Shown: positions 1 through 8,900 of the stretch, one piece after another
Numbering within the stretch: position 1 is the stretch's first letter
How the letters are laid out: the number at the start of each line of letters is the position of its first letter
Assembly: GCA_964547425.1 (NCBI GenBank)
Contig: CAZJNH010000004.1
Coordinates: forward strand, 7,226 to 71,225
Source of the DNA: an uncultured Candidatus Saccharibacteria bacterium
GTDB lineage: Bacteria; Patescibacteriota; Saccharimonadia; UBA4664; CAZJNH01
Length of the DNA stretch: 64,000 bases
Direction: 5' to 3'
The notes under the pieces: generated by a model
What the model was told of the DNA's origin: nothing
What the model saw: the letters and a program-made list of their open reading frames with translations, nothing else
Databases searched by the model: none
Program-made: the position numbers and the translations under genes

Positions 1-14
1 TGCTAACTAGGTTC

Positions 15-548
15 TTGAAGCGACAACAAGGGTTCACACTGTTAGAGCTTCTTATCGTCATCGTGATCATCGGTATCCTCGCGGTCATTATTGTTCCGGG
101 TCTGTCCAGCGGTCCGAAGAGGGCCCGTGACGCCCAGCGCAAAGCTGACATGCGCGGAGTCAAAAACGCTCTAGAGACTTTCTACAACGACAACAACTCC
201 TACCCGGTTCAGACCACTACTGCCAGTACAACCGGCTTGACGGCCACTGCGTTGATCAACGCTACCACCGGTATCGTCACCAACTACCTGCCGGCGTTGC
301 CTTGTGACCCGCGCTCTAGTGTTAAGACCACGACGACAACCTCAACTCTCTGTACCGACACCGTAGACGGTTCGAACACCCTGCGTTATCTGTACAAGTC
401 AGCCGCCGCTGGTGCTGCCTACCGCGTATGTGCCACCCTCGAAAACGCGCAAGATGGCGATGATGGTAACACTACTTCGAACGTTTCCGAAGGTTACTCG
501 GTCACCAGTATCAACGGTACTGCTCCTGGTACTCTCTGTACCACCTAA
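15..548 (+). CDS. pilA: type IV pilin (prepilin-type N-terminal cleavage/methylation domain), paralog 1
   Basis: The TTG-initiated leader is MKRQQG|FTLLELLIVIVIIGILA, with G at -1, F at +1 and E at +5. The body is Thr/Ser-rich (TTTASTTGLTATAL, KTTTTTSTL) with C-terminal Cys residues. It is about 75% identical to the ORF at 2896. Confidence 0.8.
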   Translation: MKRQQGFTLLELLIVIVIIGILAVIIVPGLSSGPKRARDAQRKADMRGVKNALETFYNDNNSYPVQTTTASTTGLTATALINATTGIVTNYLPALPCDPRSSVKTTTTTSTLCTDTVDGSNTLRYLYKSAAAGAAYRVCATLENAQDGDDGNTTSNVSEGYSVTSINGTAPGTLCTT

Positions 549-555
549 TCACTAG

Positions 556-594
556 CAACTAAACTAAAAACCTCTGCCACCCGCGGAGGTTTTT
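556..594. terminator. bidirectional rho-independent terminator between convergent pilA and GT-C genes
   Basis: The sequence aaaaacctctgccacccgcggaggttttt forms a GC stem flanked by A-run and T-run. Confidence 0.5.
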
Positions 595-599
595 AGTTT

Positions 600-2225
600 C
601 TAGTGGGTTCGGCGGAGCAAAATGTAGCTGTAGGCGCCGATCCGGGAAATGGTTTTGACACTGTAGTGGGGCTTAAGCTGGGAGAGCCCCTCGTCGTTCA
701 CGATCGCCGTTTTAATCTGGTCGTCTTTGGTCACATCGGCAACGTCAGCTAGCGTGCTGGCCTCGAAGACCGGTCGATCAGTGTAGGTTAAAACTACGAA
801 GGATGACAAGGTTTGCTGCTCAGTGGGGTAAACCACAATCGGGCCTGGTGGAGCATACTTAGCCTGCCTGGACAGTTCCGCTACTGGCTGGGCATTTTGA
901 ATATAGTCAGCCGTGTAGAGCCGGTACTGTGAGGCAAAGGGGTAGACCGAGACACCGACTAAGATCGCACCCGAGAGTACCAATCCCGCTTTGAGCCGTG
1001 AGGAGTCGAACTGAAGAAAGCAGAAGGCCACCGCTCCCGAGAGGACAAAGATAACCGCGAGCAACGCGGTGTTGGAGCTAACCGTAAACGGGCAGGTGTA
1101 AAGAGCTGCCAGACTAGCCGCGATTAAACCGAGGATGGGTACCAGCCGCTTGCCTCGAAAAGCGTTAACTACCGTGACCGCCACCATAATCGCCAGAGCC
1201 GGGTAGGCCGGCGCGGTGTAGTGGATGATCTTGGTTTTAAGCAGTGAAAAAAATACAAATACGACTACCGTCATCACTAGTAACAACCGCTGGGGGCCTT
1301 TTTTACGCCAGTTCTCCACGATGGAGCCGGCGAAGCCGAATGGGAGCAGGAAAATCCAGGGGTAGAGCCGCGAATACAGGATTTCTAAGTAGTAGCTATT
1401 GCCACGATTGACGATAAAACCGACAGAGGCGTTGGAGTTGTAAGGGTCAACCACCGAGTCTTTAATCCGTTTCCATATGTGGAACCCAAAATAACTGTCC
1501 CAAAACTGGTGTCCCCACTGCATGAGTTCGGCGAAGTGCCAGGGCGCGGTGATGGCAACCGCGATGCCGCCGGCGATCCACAAATGCTTGCTGCGTAAAT
1601 ACTCTTTAATTTCTCCGTTCCAAGCCCAGACAAGTGCCAAAATGACGGGGATCAGTAGGGCCGTTGGGCCTTTAGTAAGAGCGCCAAGGCCAATAGCCGC
1701 CCCGAGCAAATAATAGAATTTGGGGCTTTCTTTGAGCCGCAGGGCAAAGTAAAAGGCCAGCCACCAGAAGAAAATCATCGGGCCGTCGAGGCGGCCGATG
1801 CGGAAAACATGGATTAGGCCGAAAGAAGTTAAAGCGACGTAAGCAGCGGCTAAACCGACGGTTTTGTCGTAGAGCCGTTTGGCGATGGCGTAGGTCAAAA
1901 CAATCGTGCCAATACCGGCCAATCCAGAGGGCAAGCGCGACCAAAACTCGATTTGGCCGGGGAGGCGGATTAGCAGGGCCTTGAGCCAAATAATCAGAGG
2001 GGGTTTTTCGAACCAAGGTACCAAGGAGCCGTCGGGGTTAAAGCGCCAGAACAGCGTGATCCAGTTGCCCGTTCGGTTGATGTTGTGGGCGACTTGGTGG
2101 TAGATCATCTCGTCACCGTCAAAAAATCGGTAACTGCCGAGCTTATATAAATACGCGCCGGAGCCGGCCAGTACTAGTAGCAATTCCGCCCAGTATCTTT
2201 TGGCCAGCTTCAGCGCTGATTGCAT
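600..2225 (-). CDS. GT-C fold glycosyltransferase, family 39/83-like (protein O-mannosyltransferase / ArnT-like)
   Basis: A 541-aa polytopic membrane protein. The N-terminal loop carries the DGDE motif (FFDGDEMIYHQVAHN) typical of PMT/ArnT-type enzymes. Many TM helices. Confidence 0.65.
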   Translation of the reverse strand: MQSALKLAKRYWAELLLVLAGSGAYLYKLGSYRFFDGDEMIYHQVAHNINRTGNWITLFWRFNPDGSLVPWFEKPPLIIWLKALLIRLPGQIEFWSRLPSGLAGIGTIVLTYAIAKRLYDKTVGLAAAYVALTSFGLIHVFRIGRLDGPMIFFWWLAFYFALRLKESPKFYYLLGAAIGLGALTKGPTALLIPVILALVWAWNGEIKEYLRSKHLWIAGGIAVAITAPWHFAELMQWGHQFWDSYFGFHIWKRIKDSVVDPYNSNASVGFIVNRGNSYYLEILYSRLYPWIFLLPFGFAGSIVENWRKKGPQRLLLVMTVVVFVFFSLLKTKIIHYTAPAYPALAIMVAVTVVNAFRGKRLVPILGLIAASLAALYTCPFTVSSNTALLAVIFVLSGAVAFCFLQFDSSRLKAGLVLSGAILVGVSVYPFASQYRLYTADYIQNAQPVAELSRQAKYAPPGPIVVYPTEQQTLSSFVVLTYTDRPVFEASTLADVADVTKDDQIKTAIVNDEGLSQLKPHYSVKTISRIGAYSYILLRRTH

Positions 2226-2294
2226 CCCAAATAGTGTAGCAGATAACGAAAAACTCTAAGAACTAAGTACTAAACCCTAAGTAAGATTAAAGAT
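2226..2294. repeat. left arm of palindromic element (copy A)
   Basis: The sequence aaactctaagaactaagtactaaaccctaagtaagattaaag has its reverse complement at 2676-2742 and recurs at 12136-12269. Confidence 0.6.
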
Positions 2295-2630
2295 CTAAGA
2301 AGAATGTTTTTCGAGGATAGCACCGAAAATCCTAGTTAGACTCCGAGCCTCTTCGATCAGGGATTGGTCGGAACGTAACAGCCTTAACCAGAGAGCGCTT
2401 TCTTTTGCTTCTTTCCGACAGATCTTGATTCGCAGGATATAGTCCTTATTACTCAACGCTTCGACAGCTTCGATGAAATTGGCGGCTACGGAACCTGAGG
2501 ATCGCACCAGTTGCTTGGCATCCTCTCTCGCAACAATGGACTGAGGTTGTCTTTTAACTAGATCTCGACAATCTTGCGCGAACTTAAACGTCCTGTCTTC
2601 TAGTCCGTATTTTTGCTCGGTTGCTTGCAT
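2295..2630 (-). CDS. four-helix-bundle protein (23S rRNA intervening-sequence-protein family)
   Basis: 111 aa. The segment LVRSSGSVAANFIEA and the overall pattern match the small four-helix-bundle family often found inside intervening-sequence hairpins. It lies between the inverted arms of the element. Confidence 0.6.
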   Translation of the reverse strand: MQATEQKYGLEDRTFKFAQDCRDLVKRQPQSIVAREDAKQLVRSSGSVAANFIEAVEALSNKDYILRIKICRKEAKESALWLRLLRSDQSLIEEARSLTRIFGAILEKHSS

Positions 2631-2742
2631 TCAAGCATTTTAATTTGGTCTCCGAATGAAACTCAAGCATTACTTTAATCTTTATTCTTTGACCTTACTT
2701 AGTCCTTAGAGTTTAGTTCTTAGAGTTTGACCTGTTGCACCA
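2631..2742. repeat. right arm of palindromic element (copy A)
   Basis: The sequence ctttaatctt..acttagtccttagagtttagttcttagagttt is an imperfect reverse complement of the left arm. Confidence 0.6.
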
Positions 2743-2895
2743 GGTAAGTTTCTGCTACTATACTGATAGCGGTTACGTTTCAGATTTTTAGTTAATTCTT
2801 CATAAGAGGCGGACATCATTTCTCTAGGTAAGCGCAATCAAAACAGGAGGGGTTTTTGGCTGGAACATGGAATCAAACATGCCCACGGGTTTACC

Positions 2896-3405
2896 TTGCT
2901 TGAGCTGTTGATCGTTATCGTAATCATTGGAATTCTTGCAATTATCATTGTTCCCGGCCTCGCCAGCGGCCCAAAGCGCGCTCGCGACGCAAATCGTAAA
3001 TCTGACTTGCGCGGCCTCAAGAACTCCCTCGAAACTTTTTACAACGACAACAGCTCCTACCCGGTACAAACCACCACCGCCAGCACCACGTCCCTTACCG
3101 CCACCGCTTTACTCAGCTCTACTACTGGTGTTGTACCAAATTATCTGCCGGCTTTCGAGTGCGACCCGAGATCAAGCGTGAAAACCACCACCACCACCTC
3201 CACTCTTTGTGTCGACACGGTTGACGGCTCCAATACCCTGCGTTACCTCTATAAATCGGGTTCTTCAGGTTCTTCTTACCGCGTCTGCGCGACGCTTGAG
3301 AACGCTCAAGACGGAGACGATGGCAACACAACTACAAACGTGTCCGAGGGGTACTCCGTGGTCAGTGTGAACGGTACCGCTCCCGGCACCCTCTGCACTA
3401 CTTAG
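2896..3405 (+). CDS. pilA: type IV pilin paralog 2 (start codon anomalous)
   Basis: The product (…HAHG)FTLLELLIVIVIIGILAIIIVPGLASGPKRARDANRK… is collinear with paralog 1. An AGGAGG Shine-Dalgarno sits at 2845-2850. There is no in-frame ATG or GTG before the G|F cleavage site. The only in-frame candidates are CTG at 2860 or ATC at 2872, or the TTG at 2896 which would delete the leader. Confidence 0.7.
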   Translation: MLELLIVIVIIGILAIIIVPGLASGPKRARDANRKSDLRGLKNSLETFYNDNSSYPVQTTTASTTSLTATALLSSTTGVVPNYLPAFECDPRSSVKTTTTTSTLCVDTVDGSNTLRYLYKSGSSGSSYRVCATLENAQDGDDGNTTTNVSEGYSVVSVNGTAPGTLCTT

Positions 3406-4398
3406 ATGGCAAGATTGGGACGAATTTTCAAACACCTCCGCGACCAACGCGGTTTTACTTTTATTGAGGTCATAACCACATCTGTAATCATCGGCATCGG
3501 CTTTACGGCCATCTTTGAAACCTTTATTGCCGCCAACAACCTGAACCGCCAATCAGCTCAGTATCTGGCCGCGTCCAAGTTCGCCCAAACCGAGCTCGAC
3601 TACTACCGCAGCCAGCTGTTCACTACCGACGTCACAGCTACTAGCGAAACCGACAGCACAAGTTTACTTAGTGGCAGTACCGACGTTTCCGGCTCAATGC
3701 CCAGCTTACCTGGGGGCACCGCAATTAGCTGCTCCTCGGCGGCATCAGGCACCTTAGGCAAATACGCTTGCGTAACTGTCGCGGCTGTCGAGACTGGGAT
3801 GTACCGTGTCACAGTGTTTGTAGGTTACCGCGAAGGCGGGACGGCCGAAAGAACGGTGCAGTTGAGCACGTACGTCGCCCAAAACGGCGTCGGCACCAAT
3901 CCCACCGTCTGGAATTATTACTTTGATCATTCCGATGCAGGACCAGCGAGAAGTATATTCACCCAGCCATCAACCTGGACCAATTCCTCAAACGCGGTTG
4001 ACGGAAGCATAGCGACCGCCTCAACGAATTCAAGTGGTCCCAGCTCCTGTTCGGTGTCTCAGAACGGTTTCACCGAGAACGGATGTATGTTTATTTATGG
4101 AACTAATTCGCCGCCACAGGGCGGAACGGGTATTACAACGGTCAAGGCACGGATATACGGCTCTAACTCTACCGCATACATCTATCAAGGTTGTACGAGT
4201 GGAACTTCCTGTTGGGGGACGGCTTTGGCAACCCTAACAATGCCCAGCGGTAGTGCTACTTTTGGTAGCTGGGTTACATTATCTGCGCCCAGTGGGGGTT
4301 GGACTTGGCCGATTTTGAAACACCTCGTCTTGGGAGTAAACGGTTGCTCTACGGTTCCTTGCTCGATCTCAGAAGTTCAACTCCGGGTGTTCCAGTGA
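3406..4398 (+). CDS. minor pilin / pseudopilin (prepilin N-terminal domain), 330 aa
   Basis: The N-terminus is MARLGRIFKHLRDQRG|FTFIEVITTSVIIGIGF. The body is Ser/Thr-rich with a C-terminal Cys pair. Confidence 0.7.
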   Translation: MARLGRIFKHLRDQRGFTFIEVITTSVIIGIGFTAIFETFIAANNLNRQSAQYLAASKFAQTELDYYRSQLFTTDVTATSETDSTSLLSGSTDVSGSMPSLPGGTAISCSSAASGTLGKYACVTVAAVETGMYRVTVFVGYREGGTAERTVQLSTYVAQNGVGTNPTVWNYYFDHSDAGPARSIFTQPSTWTNSSNAVDGSIATASTNSSGPSSCSVSQNGFTENGCMFIYGTNSPPQGGTGITTVKARIYGSNSTAYIYQGCTSGTSCWGTALATLTMPSGSATFGSWVTLSAPSGGWTWPILKHLVLGVNGCSTVPCSISEVQLRVFQ

Positions 4399-5078
4399 TG
4401 AAATTACTGCGCAACCAACGCGGATTTACGTTGTTGGAGATGACAATTTCGACCGTTATGTTTAGTGTCTTGATCGTAGTTATCTCCGGGATGGTTTCGA
4501 TTGGAATCACCAATTTCGTGCAAGGAGATGCCTACAACCAAGCCCAAAACGAAGCCAATGTGATCCTAAATGACATTGTCAGCAACATTCACCGCGGCAG
4601 CTCGGCAATCAATGCATGCTCCAACTACAATGACGCTCATCGTACCGATTGTAGCTTTGCCCTTTCTGGCTTCACCGTAGATATTCCGGCGCTCGATTCC
4701 AGCGGTAATGTCCTATATACCGATAACACCCATCGCACCATTTGCACCAACGAAGTTGTCTACTTCGGTTATATTGGTACGGGAACGGGCGGTCCTCTTT
4801 ATCGCCGAAGTATTGAGAGCTCTGGGAGTCCCTCAAGTTGTACGGCAACCAACGCGACAGTCAACAGCTGCCAACCCGGAGGAGGTTGTAGTGCCACAGA
4901 CTCTACTTTGGCCAGAAACTTTTACGCGTTGACCGTCACCGACTGCGCCGGAAACGCGAGCCTGACTAACAAGACATGTTTGAAGCTCGTCCTGACCATC
5001 AAGAAAAAAGTCAGCGGCCGCACCATTACACTGAGTTATACCAGCTACGCTACCCTAAACAGTAAAGGAACCGTGTAG
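4398..5078 (+). CDS. minor pilin (prepilin N-terminal domain), PilW/FimT-like
   Basis: The ATG at 4398 overlaps the upstream stop (TGATG). The N-terminus is MKLLRNQRG|FTLLEMTISTVMF. The ORF-track start at 4299 is probably too far upstream. Confidence 0.65.
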   Translation: MKLLRNQRGFTLLEMTISTVMFSVLIVVISGMVSIGITNFVQGDAYNQAQNEANVILNDIVSNIHRGSSAINACSNYNDAHRTDCSFALSGFTVDIPALDSSGNVLYTDNTHRTICTNEVVYFGYIGTGTGGPLYRRSIESSGSPSSCTATNATVNSCQPGGGCSATDSTLARNFYALTVTDCAGNASLTNKTCLKLVLTIKKKVSGRTITLSYTSYATLNSKGTV

Positions 5079-7780
5079 TGAATAAATGGTTCAGCAGAGG
5101 AGTCTTGAGTGAGCCGGCCGCGGTCGTCATCTTCGCGTTTATGATTATTGCGCTGGCTGTTGGCACTGCCGCGACCAGCCAGTGGACTTACTCCCACAAA
5201 AGCGCTTACGACACCATGGCAGTTGCTGCCGCTCAGGCCGGGCTTGATCATGCCATCTTGAAGCTCAATACCGACGAGAACTACTTTTCTGGGCCTTTAG
5301 CCTCCGGCGATACTGGCACCGGAGCGGGCAATAGCGAGGTGTCCCTGGAGCAAACCCTCTCCTCCTCAGGTCAATTTACGATCACTTACATAATCGCCTC
5401 GGTGAGCGATGGTAGTGCTTACAGCCAAACAGGTTACGAAAAGAACGTAACGGTTCAAGGGCGTGTCTACCAGAACAGTACCGGTAAACTACTTTCCAAA
5501 AGGGATGTCAGCGCTGGTCTTGAAGTTGGCTCCCAAAATTTCCCTTATCAGGTCCAAGCCGGGTATGGGCATATCACACTTCAAGACATCTCCACAGTTA
5601 ATACCACAAATGCCAACGGCCGGATCTTTAGCAACGGTAGTATCCGTATAACCAACTCCGCCGTTTTAAAAGGCTACGAAGTTGGAGCTGGCGACTTCGA
5701 ATGCCCGCTCGCGGGTGGAGCGACTTACCCGACTGGCGGTGCTGACACCGGAGGCCGCTGCACAGCCGCCCAGCAAGTAGCCCTTCAGTCTTATGCTGGC
5801 TCTCCAGGTAGCAGTACTTTGCTTCATTTAGCTCATGGCGCGAGCGATATATCCGGAGGTTTTACTCCTAATCCACCAACCGATAATGTTGGAACCGTAG
5901 TCCCAATGCCTGGTCAAACAGGATACGGAACAAACTACCCCAGCTGGCCGGACGATAGCCGCAACGGTGTAATTAACTCCATCGACACAGCATTAACCAA
6001 CGCCCCTCAAAACTGCGGTAGCACCGCCAGCTGGGTTAGCTTAGGTAACATTCATATTACCAACGGGTTTAGCCTAAACGGCAGCTGTGTTCTAACCATC
6101 GGTGGCAATATTTGGGTCAATAACAATATAGCCAGTACTGCTGCAAACACCTTTATAGTTTCAGACACCGACAAGAACGGGAACCCAATCCGCCGTCCCT
6201 TGATTGTGATGGTTGATGGTGCCACAAGCTCGGGATTCTCAGCCACGGATAACATCCAGCTGTTTGATAACTTTCACGTTACGCCTAACAAGTACGGAAT
6301 GGGTATAATTTTTGAAAGTGAGTACTGTGGCAGTGGTTGTGATCCTAGTATCGGGCCGGCTATACCAAGCAGTACGTTTTATAGCTCTACTTCAAACAGA
6401 ACTATTGACATTAACACAGAGGCTACCCAGGCTGCGCCAACCAGACAGATTACTTTGGATCAATCGGTACTTTTTGCCAAATGGGGCTACGTTGGCTTTG
6501 CCAACAATTCTGGCGGCACAGACCATGCTATGGTCAGGTCGCCTTATTGCATTGACGCGGTTGGCCAAAGTGTAATATTTCCTACGGTGGTTACCGGTTC
6601 AGATCTACATACTATTGATTGCTCTTTTTCCGGCGCCAGCTTAACGGGCGCCTCATACGTCAACTTGGGTCAGCTAAGCGGCAAAGTCTTTAAGGTCGGC
6701 GGCTACAAAGAAACCGCCGGCGGGAACTACGCCACTATTAATGTCATCGATACCTCTGGCGATGCAAACGCCAATCCGGGTAACGGAGATGGTGCTGTTA
6801 CGGTTGGCACCGACGGATTCCCGGTTGGCCACTACTACGATCGAATCTTCCACTGCTCAAACATATACTGCACGTTCAAGACAAACGTGGGCGGCGGATC
6901 CTACTCAAATAGTACAGCCAATATTGGGAGTGACAACTTACCGATAACGACCGATTCGTACTCCTGGCTTGATGCGAGTCATTGTAATAACGTTTCTTGC
7001 TCGAGTAATGCTAACTCATCAGTAGATTCAGGAAGCGCTGTGGGTTACCACAGCGATACGGCTATTGGAAGCGATGGATTCCCAGTAATTGCTTATAATG
7101 ATAGCACCGGCGCTATTAAGGTTGCGCACTGCGGCAACGTGTCGTGTTCGAGCGGTAACACAATTACCCCCCTCGGAGCTGCGCTCGGGTTCTCTGTCTC
7201 AATCGCGAAGGGCAGCGATAATTTACCGGTAATCTCATACCTAGGGCCGTCAAGCACTTATCCTCTAAAAGTAATTCACTGTGGCAATGTTTTATGCTCA
7301 AGCGGAAATGTAACTACTTCCGTTGACCCCAATCCTAACGCCAGTCTCAGTGGAACAAGTATTACAATCGGTAGTGACGGTTTTCCAATCATTGCTTACT
7401 TTACCAGTGGCAACACTTTGAGGGTTGCGCATTGCGTGAACGTATCATGTTCGAGTGGAAATGGCATTGTGGCCGTTGGTTCTAATAATCTTTCATCGGA
7501 TCCGGTGATTATTATAGGTAGCGATAATTTACCGAAAATCTTCTCCTACAACTCTGCTGATAAGCAAATATTAGTTGCATATTGCACAAACGTAAGTTGT
7601 ACTACCTGGGTCCGCCCGTTCGCTGCCGTCGTAGGCGGACCACTTGATGTCAGCTCAGGATCGTGGACCCCACATATAGGGGTTGCACTTGGGAGCGAAG
7701 GTTTTCCAATACTCTTTTATTACGATAATGTCTTACGTCAGTTCAGACTTTTACGTTGCGTAACCCAAACCTGTACCTAG
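5078..7780 (+). CDS. PilX_N-type pilus-associated large protein (putative tip adhesin) with C-terminal tandem repeats
   Basis: The N-terminus has a TM helix plus an AVAAAQAGLDHA motif like the PilX N-terminal domain. The 900-aa product ends in seven repeats of about 50 aa each (…IGSDGFPVIAY…L+VAHCGNVSCSSGN…). Confidence 0.6.
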   Translation: MNKWFSRGVLSEPAAVVIFAFMIIALAVGTAATSQWTYSHKSAYDTMAVAAAQAGLDHAILKLNTDENYFSGPLASGDTGTGAGNSEVSLEQTLSSSGQFTITYIIASVSDGSAYSQTGYEKNVTVQGRVYQNSTGKLLSKRDVSAGLEVGSQNFPYQVQAGYGHITLQDISTVNTTNANGRIFSNGSIRITNSAVLKGYEVGAGDFECPLAGGATYPTGGADTGGRCTAAQQVALQSYAGSPGSSTLLHLAHGASDISGGFTPNPPTDNVGTVVPMPGQTGYGTNYPSWPDDSRNGVINSIDTALTNAPQNCGSTASWVSLGNIHITNGFSLNGSCVLTIGGNIWVNNNIASTAANTFIVSDTDKNGNPIRRPLIVMVDGATSSGFSATDNIQLFDNFHVTPNKYGMGIIFESEYCGSGCDPSIGPAIPSSTFYSSTSNRTIDINTEATQAAPTRQITLDQSVLFAKWGYVGFANNSGGTDHAMVRSPYCIDAVGQSVIFPTVVTGSDLHTIDCSFSGASLTGASYVNLGQLSGKVFKVGGYKETAGGNYATINVIDTSGDANANPGNGDGAVTVGTDGFPVGHYYDRIFHCSNIYCTFKTNVGGGSYSNSTANIGSDNLPITTDSYSWLDASHCNNVSCSSNANSSVDSGSAVGYHSDTAIGSDGFPVIAYNDSTGAIKVAHCGNVSCSSGNTITPLGAALGFSVSIAKGSDNLPVISYLGPSSTYPLKVIHCGNVLCSSGNVTTSVDPNPNASLSGTSITIGSDGFPIIAYFTSGNTLRVAHCVNVSCSSGNGIVAVGSNNLSSDPVIIIGSDNLPKIFSYNSADKQILVAYCTNVSCTTWVRPFAAVVGGPLDVSSGSWTPHIGVALGSEGFPILFYYDNVLRQFRLLRCVTQTCT
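6780..7780 (+). repeat. 7 x ~150-bp in-frame tandem repeats inside the PilX-like gene
   Basis: The HC(x)NV(S)C(S/T) motif recurs at about 6851, 6981, 7130, 7278, 7430, 7579 and 7751. Each is preceded by IGSD(G/N)(F/L)P. Confidence 0.7.
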
Positions 7781-7802
7781 AGAACTTCACAGGTTCTCAA
7801 TC

Positions 7803-7811
7803 TGGTATAAT
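7803..7811 (+). promoter_or_regulatory. extended -10 promoter (TGGTATAAT) upstream of pilM
   Basis: TGGTATAAT matches the TGn + TATAAT consensus, 30 nt before the pilM ATG. The same 9-mer lies upstream of rmlB at 51411. Confidence 0.5.
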
Positions 7812-7841
7812 CAAAAGTGCTAATGCTATAGCAGATACCGA

Positions 7842-8900
7842 ATGAAAATCCCATTAGTGTACAGGCAGGGCGCTGTTTTTGGCTGTGACATTGGCAGCCA
7901 GACGGTGAAAGTAGTTGAATTGGGCGGAACTTATAAGAAGCCCAAGGTTGTTGGGTATGGCTACGCGCCGTTCGACCCAAAGACCATGGTTAAGGGCGCC
8001 ATCGCTAACCCCGAGGCACTGGCCAAGACGGTTAAAGCCCTGATTACCAAGCCTCAAACCGGGCAGATCAATGCCAAGAGGGTGGTGTCATCGATCCCCA
8101 TCTCCCAAGTCTTCGTTCGAACGCTGACTTTACCGCCGATGGACGCGGCCGATTTGGCCCAAGCCATCCAGCTGGAGGCCGAGCAGTACATTCCGGTGCC
8201 GGTAAGGGACCTATACATCGACCACGAAATCCTATCCCATAAAGTGGTGGGCAAGGAGTCAAAACTCGAAATCCAGATGGTGGCAGCTCCGCGCGCTATT
8301 ATTGACTCCTACATTCGCCTGTTCGACGCTTTGGGTTTGTTTACCGAGGTCATCGAGATCGGCCAGTCGGCCATCCTGCGCAGTTTGTTTTATAACGCCG
8401 GTGACATTACCCTTCTGGCGGACTTCGGTTCGGAGCTAACCGACTTTGTCGTCAGCGACCACGCTATCCGTTTAAGCTCCACTGTACCTGTAGGCGGAAA
8501 CAAATTGACTCAAGCCCTGCAAAAAGAGCTCAAGGTCACCGCCCAGCAGGCGGATGAGATCAAAAAACGTTACGGAATCGGTGAAAGCGGCCTGCGAAAG
8601 GAAATCCTAAAAGCGCTTAAAGATCCGTTAGATAGTTTGACCCACGAGATCTCCAAAGCCATCAAGTACTACCACGACCGCAGCGAAAACAACCAGTCAA
8701 TCCAGAAGATAGTTTTGTCCGGCGGCAGCGCCTATTTGCCCGGCTTAATGGAGTATCTAACCCAAACCTTCCGGCTGCCGGTAGTAATCGACGACCCGTG
8801 GCAAAACGTTAAGTTCGAGAAACTGCCGCAGCCATCGCCGCAGGAGAGGGCAATGTATACGACAGCGGTCGGGCTTGGGATTTTGGGGTTAAAGACATGA
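7842..8900 (+). CDS. pilM: type IV pilus assembly ATPase-like protein PilM
   Basis: Actin/FtsA-like fold. The N-terminus is VFGCDIGSQTVKVVEL, and the length of 352 aa is typical. Confidence 0.8.
   Translation: MKIPLVYRQGAVFGCDIGSQTVKVVELGGTYKKPKVVGYGYAPFDPKTMVKGAIANPEALAKTVKALITKPQTGQINAKRVVSSIPISQVFVRTLTLPPMDAADLAQAIQLEAEQYIPVPVRDLYIDHEILSHKVVGKESKLEIQMVAAPRAIIDSYIRLFDALGLFTEVIEIGQSAILRSLFYNAGDITLLADFGSELTDFVVSDHAIRLSSTVPVGGNKLTQALQKELKVTAQQADEIKKRYGIGESGLRKEILKALKDPLDSLTHEISKAIKYYHDRSENNQSIQKIVLSGGSAYLPGLMEYLTQTFRLPVVIDDPWQNVKFEKLPQPSPQERAMYTTAVGLGILGLKT

Noticed and set aside
1385-2103. Several 60-115 aa ORFs inside or antisense to the GT-C gene
   Set aside because: They are nested in a well-supported 541-aa membrane-protein frame, with biased low-complexity translations.
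4299-4397. The 33-codon N-terminal extension of the second minor pilin
   Set aside because: The prepilin leader starts at the ATG at 4398 overlapping the upstream stop. An extension would place 33 residues before the leader.
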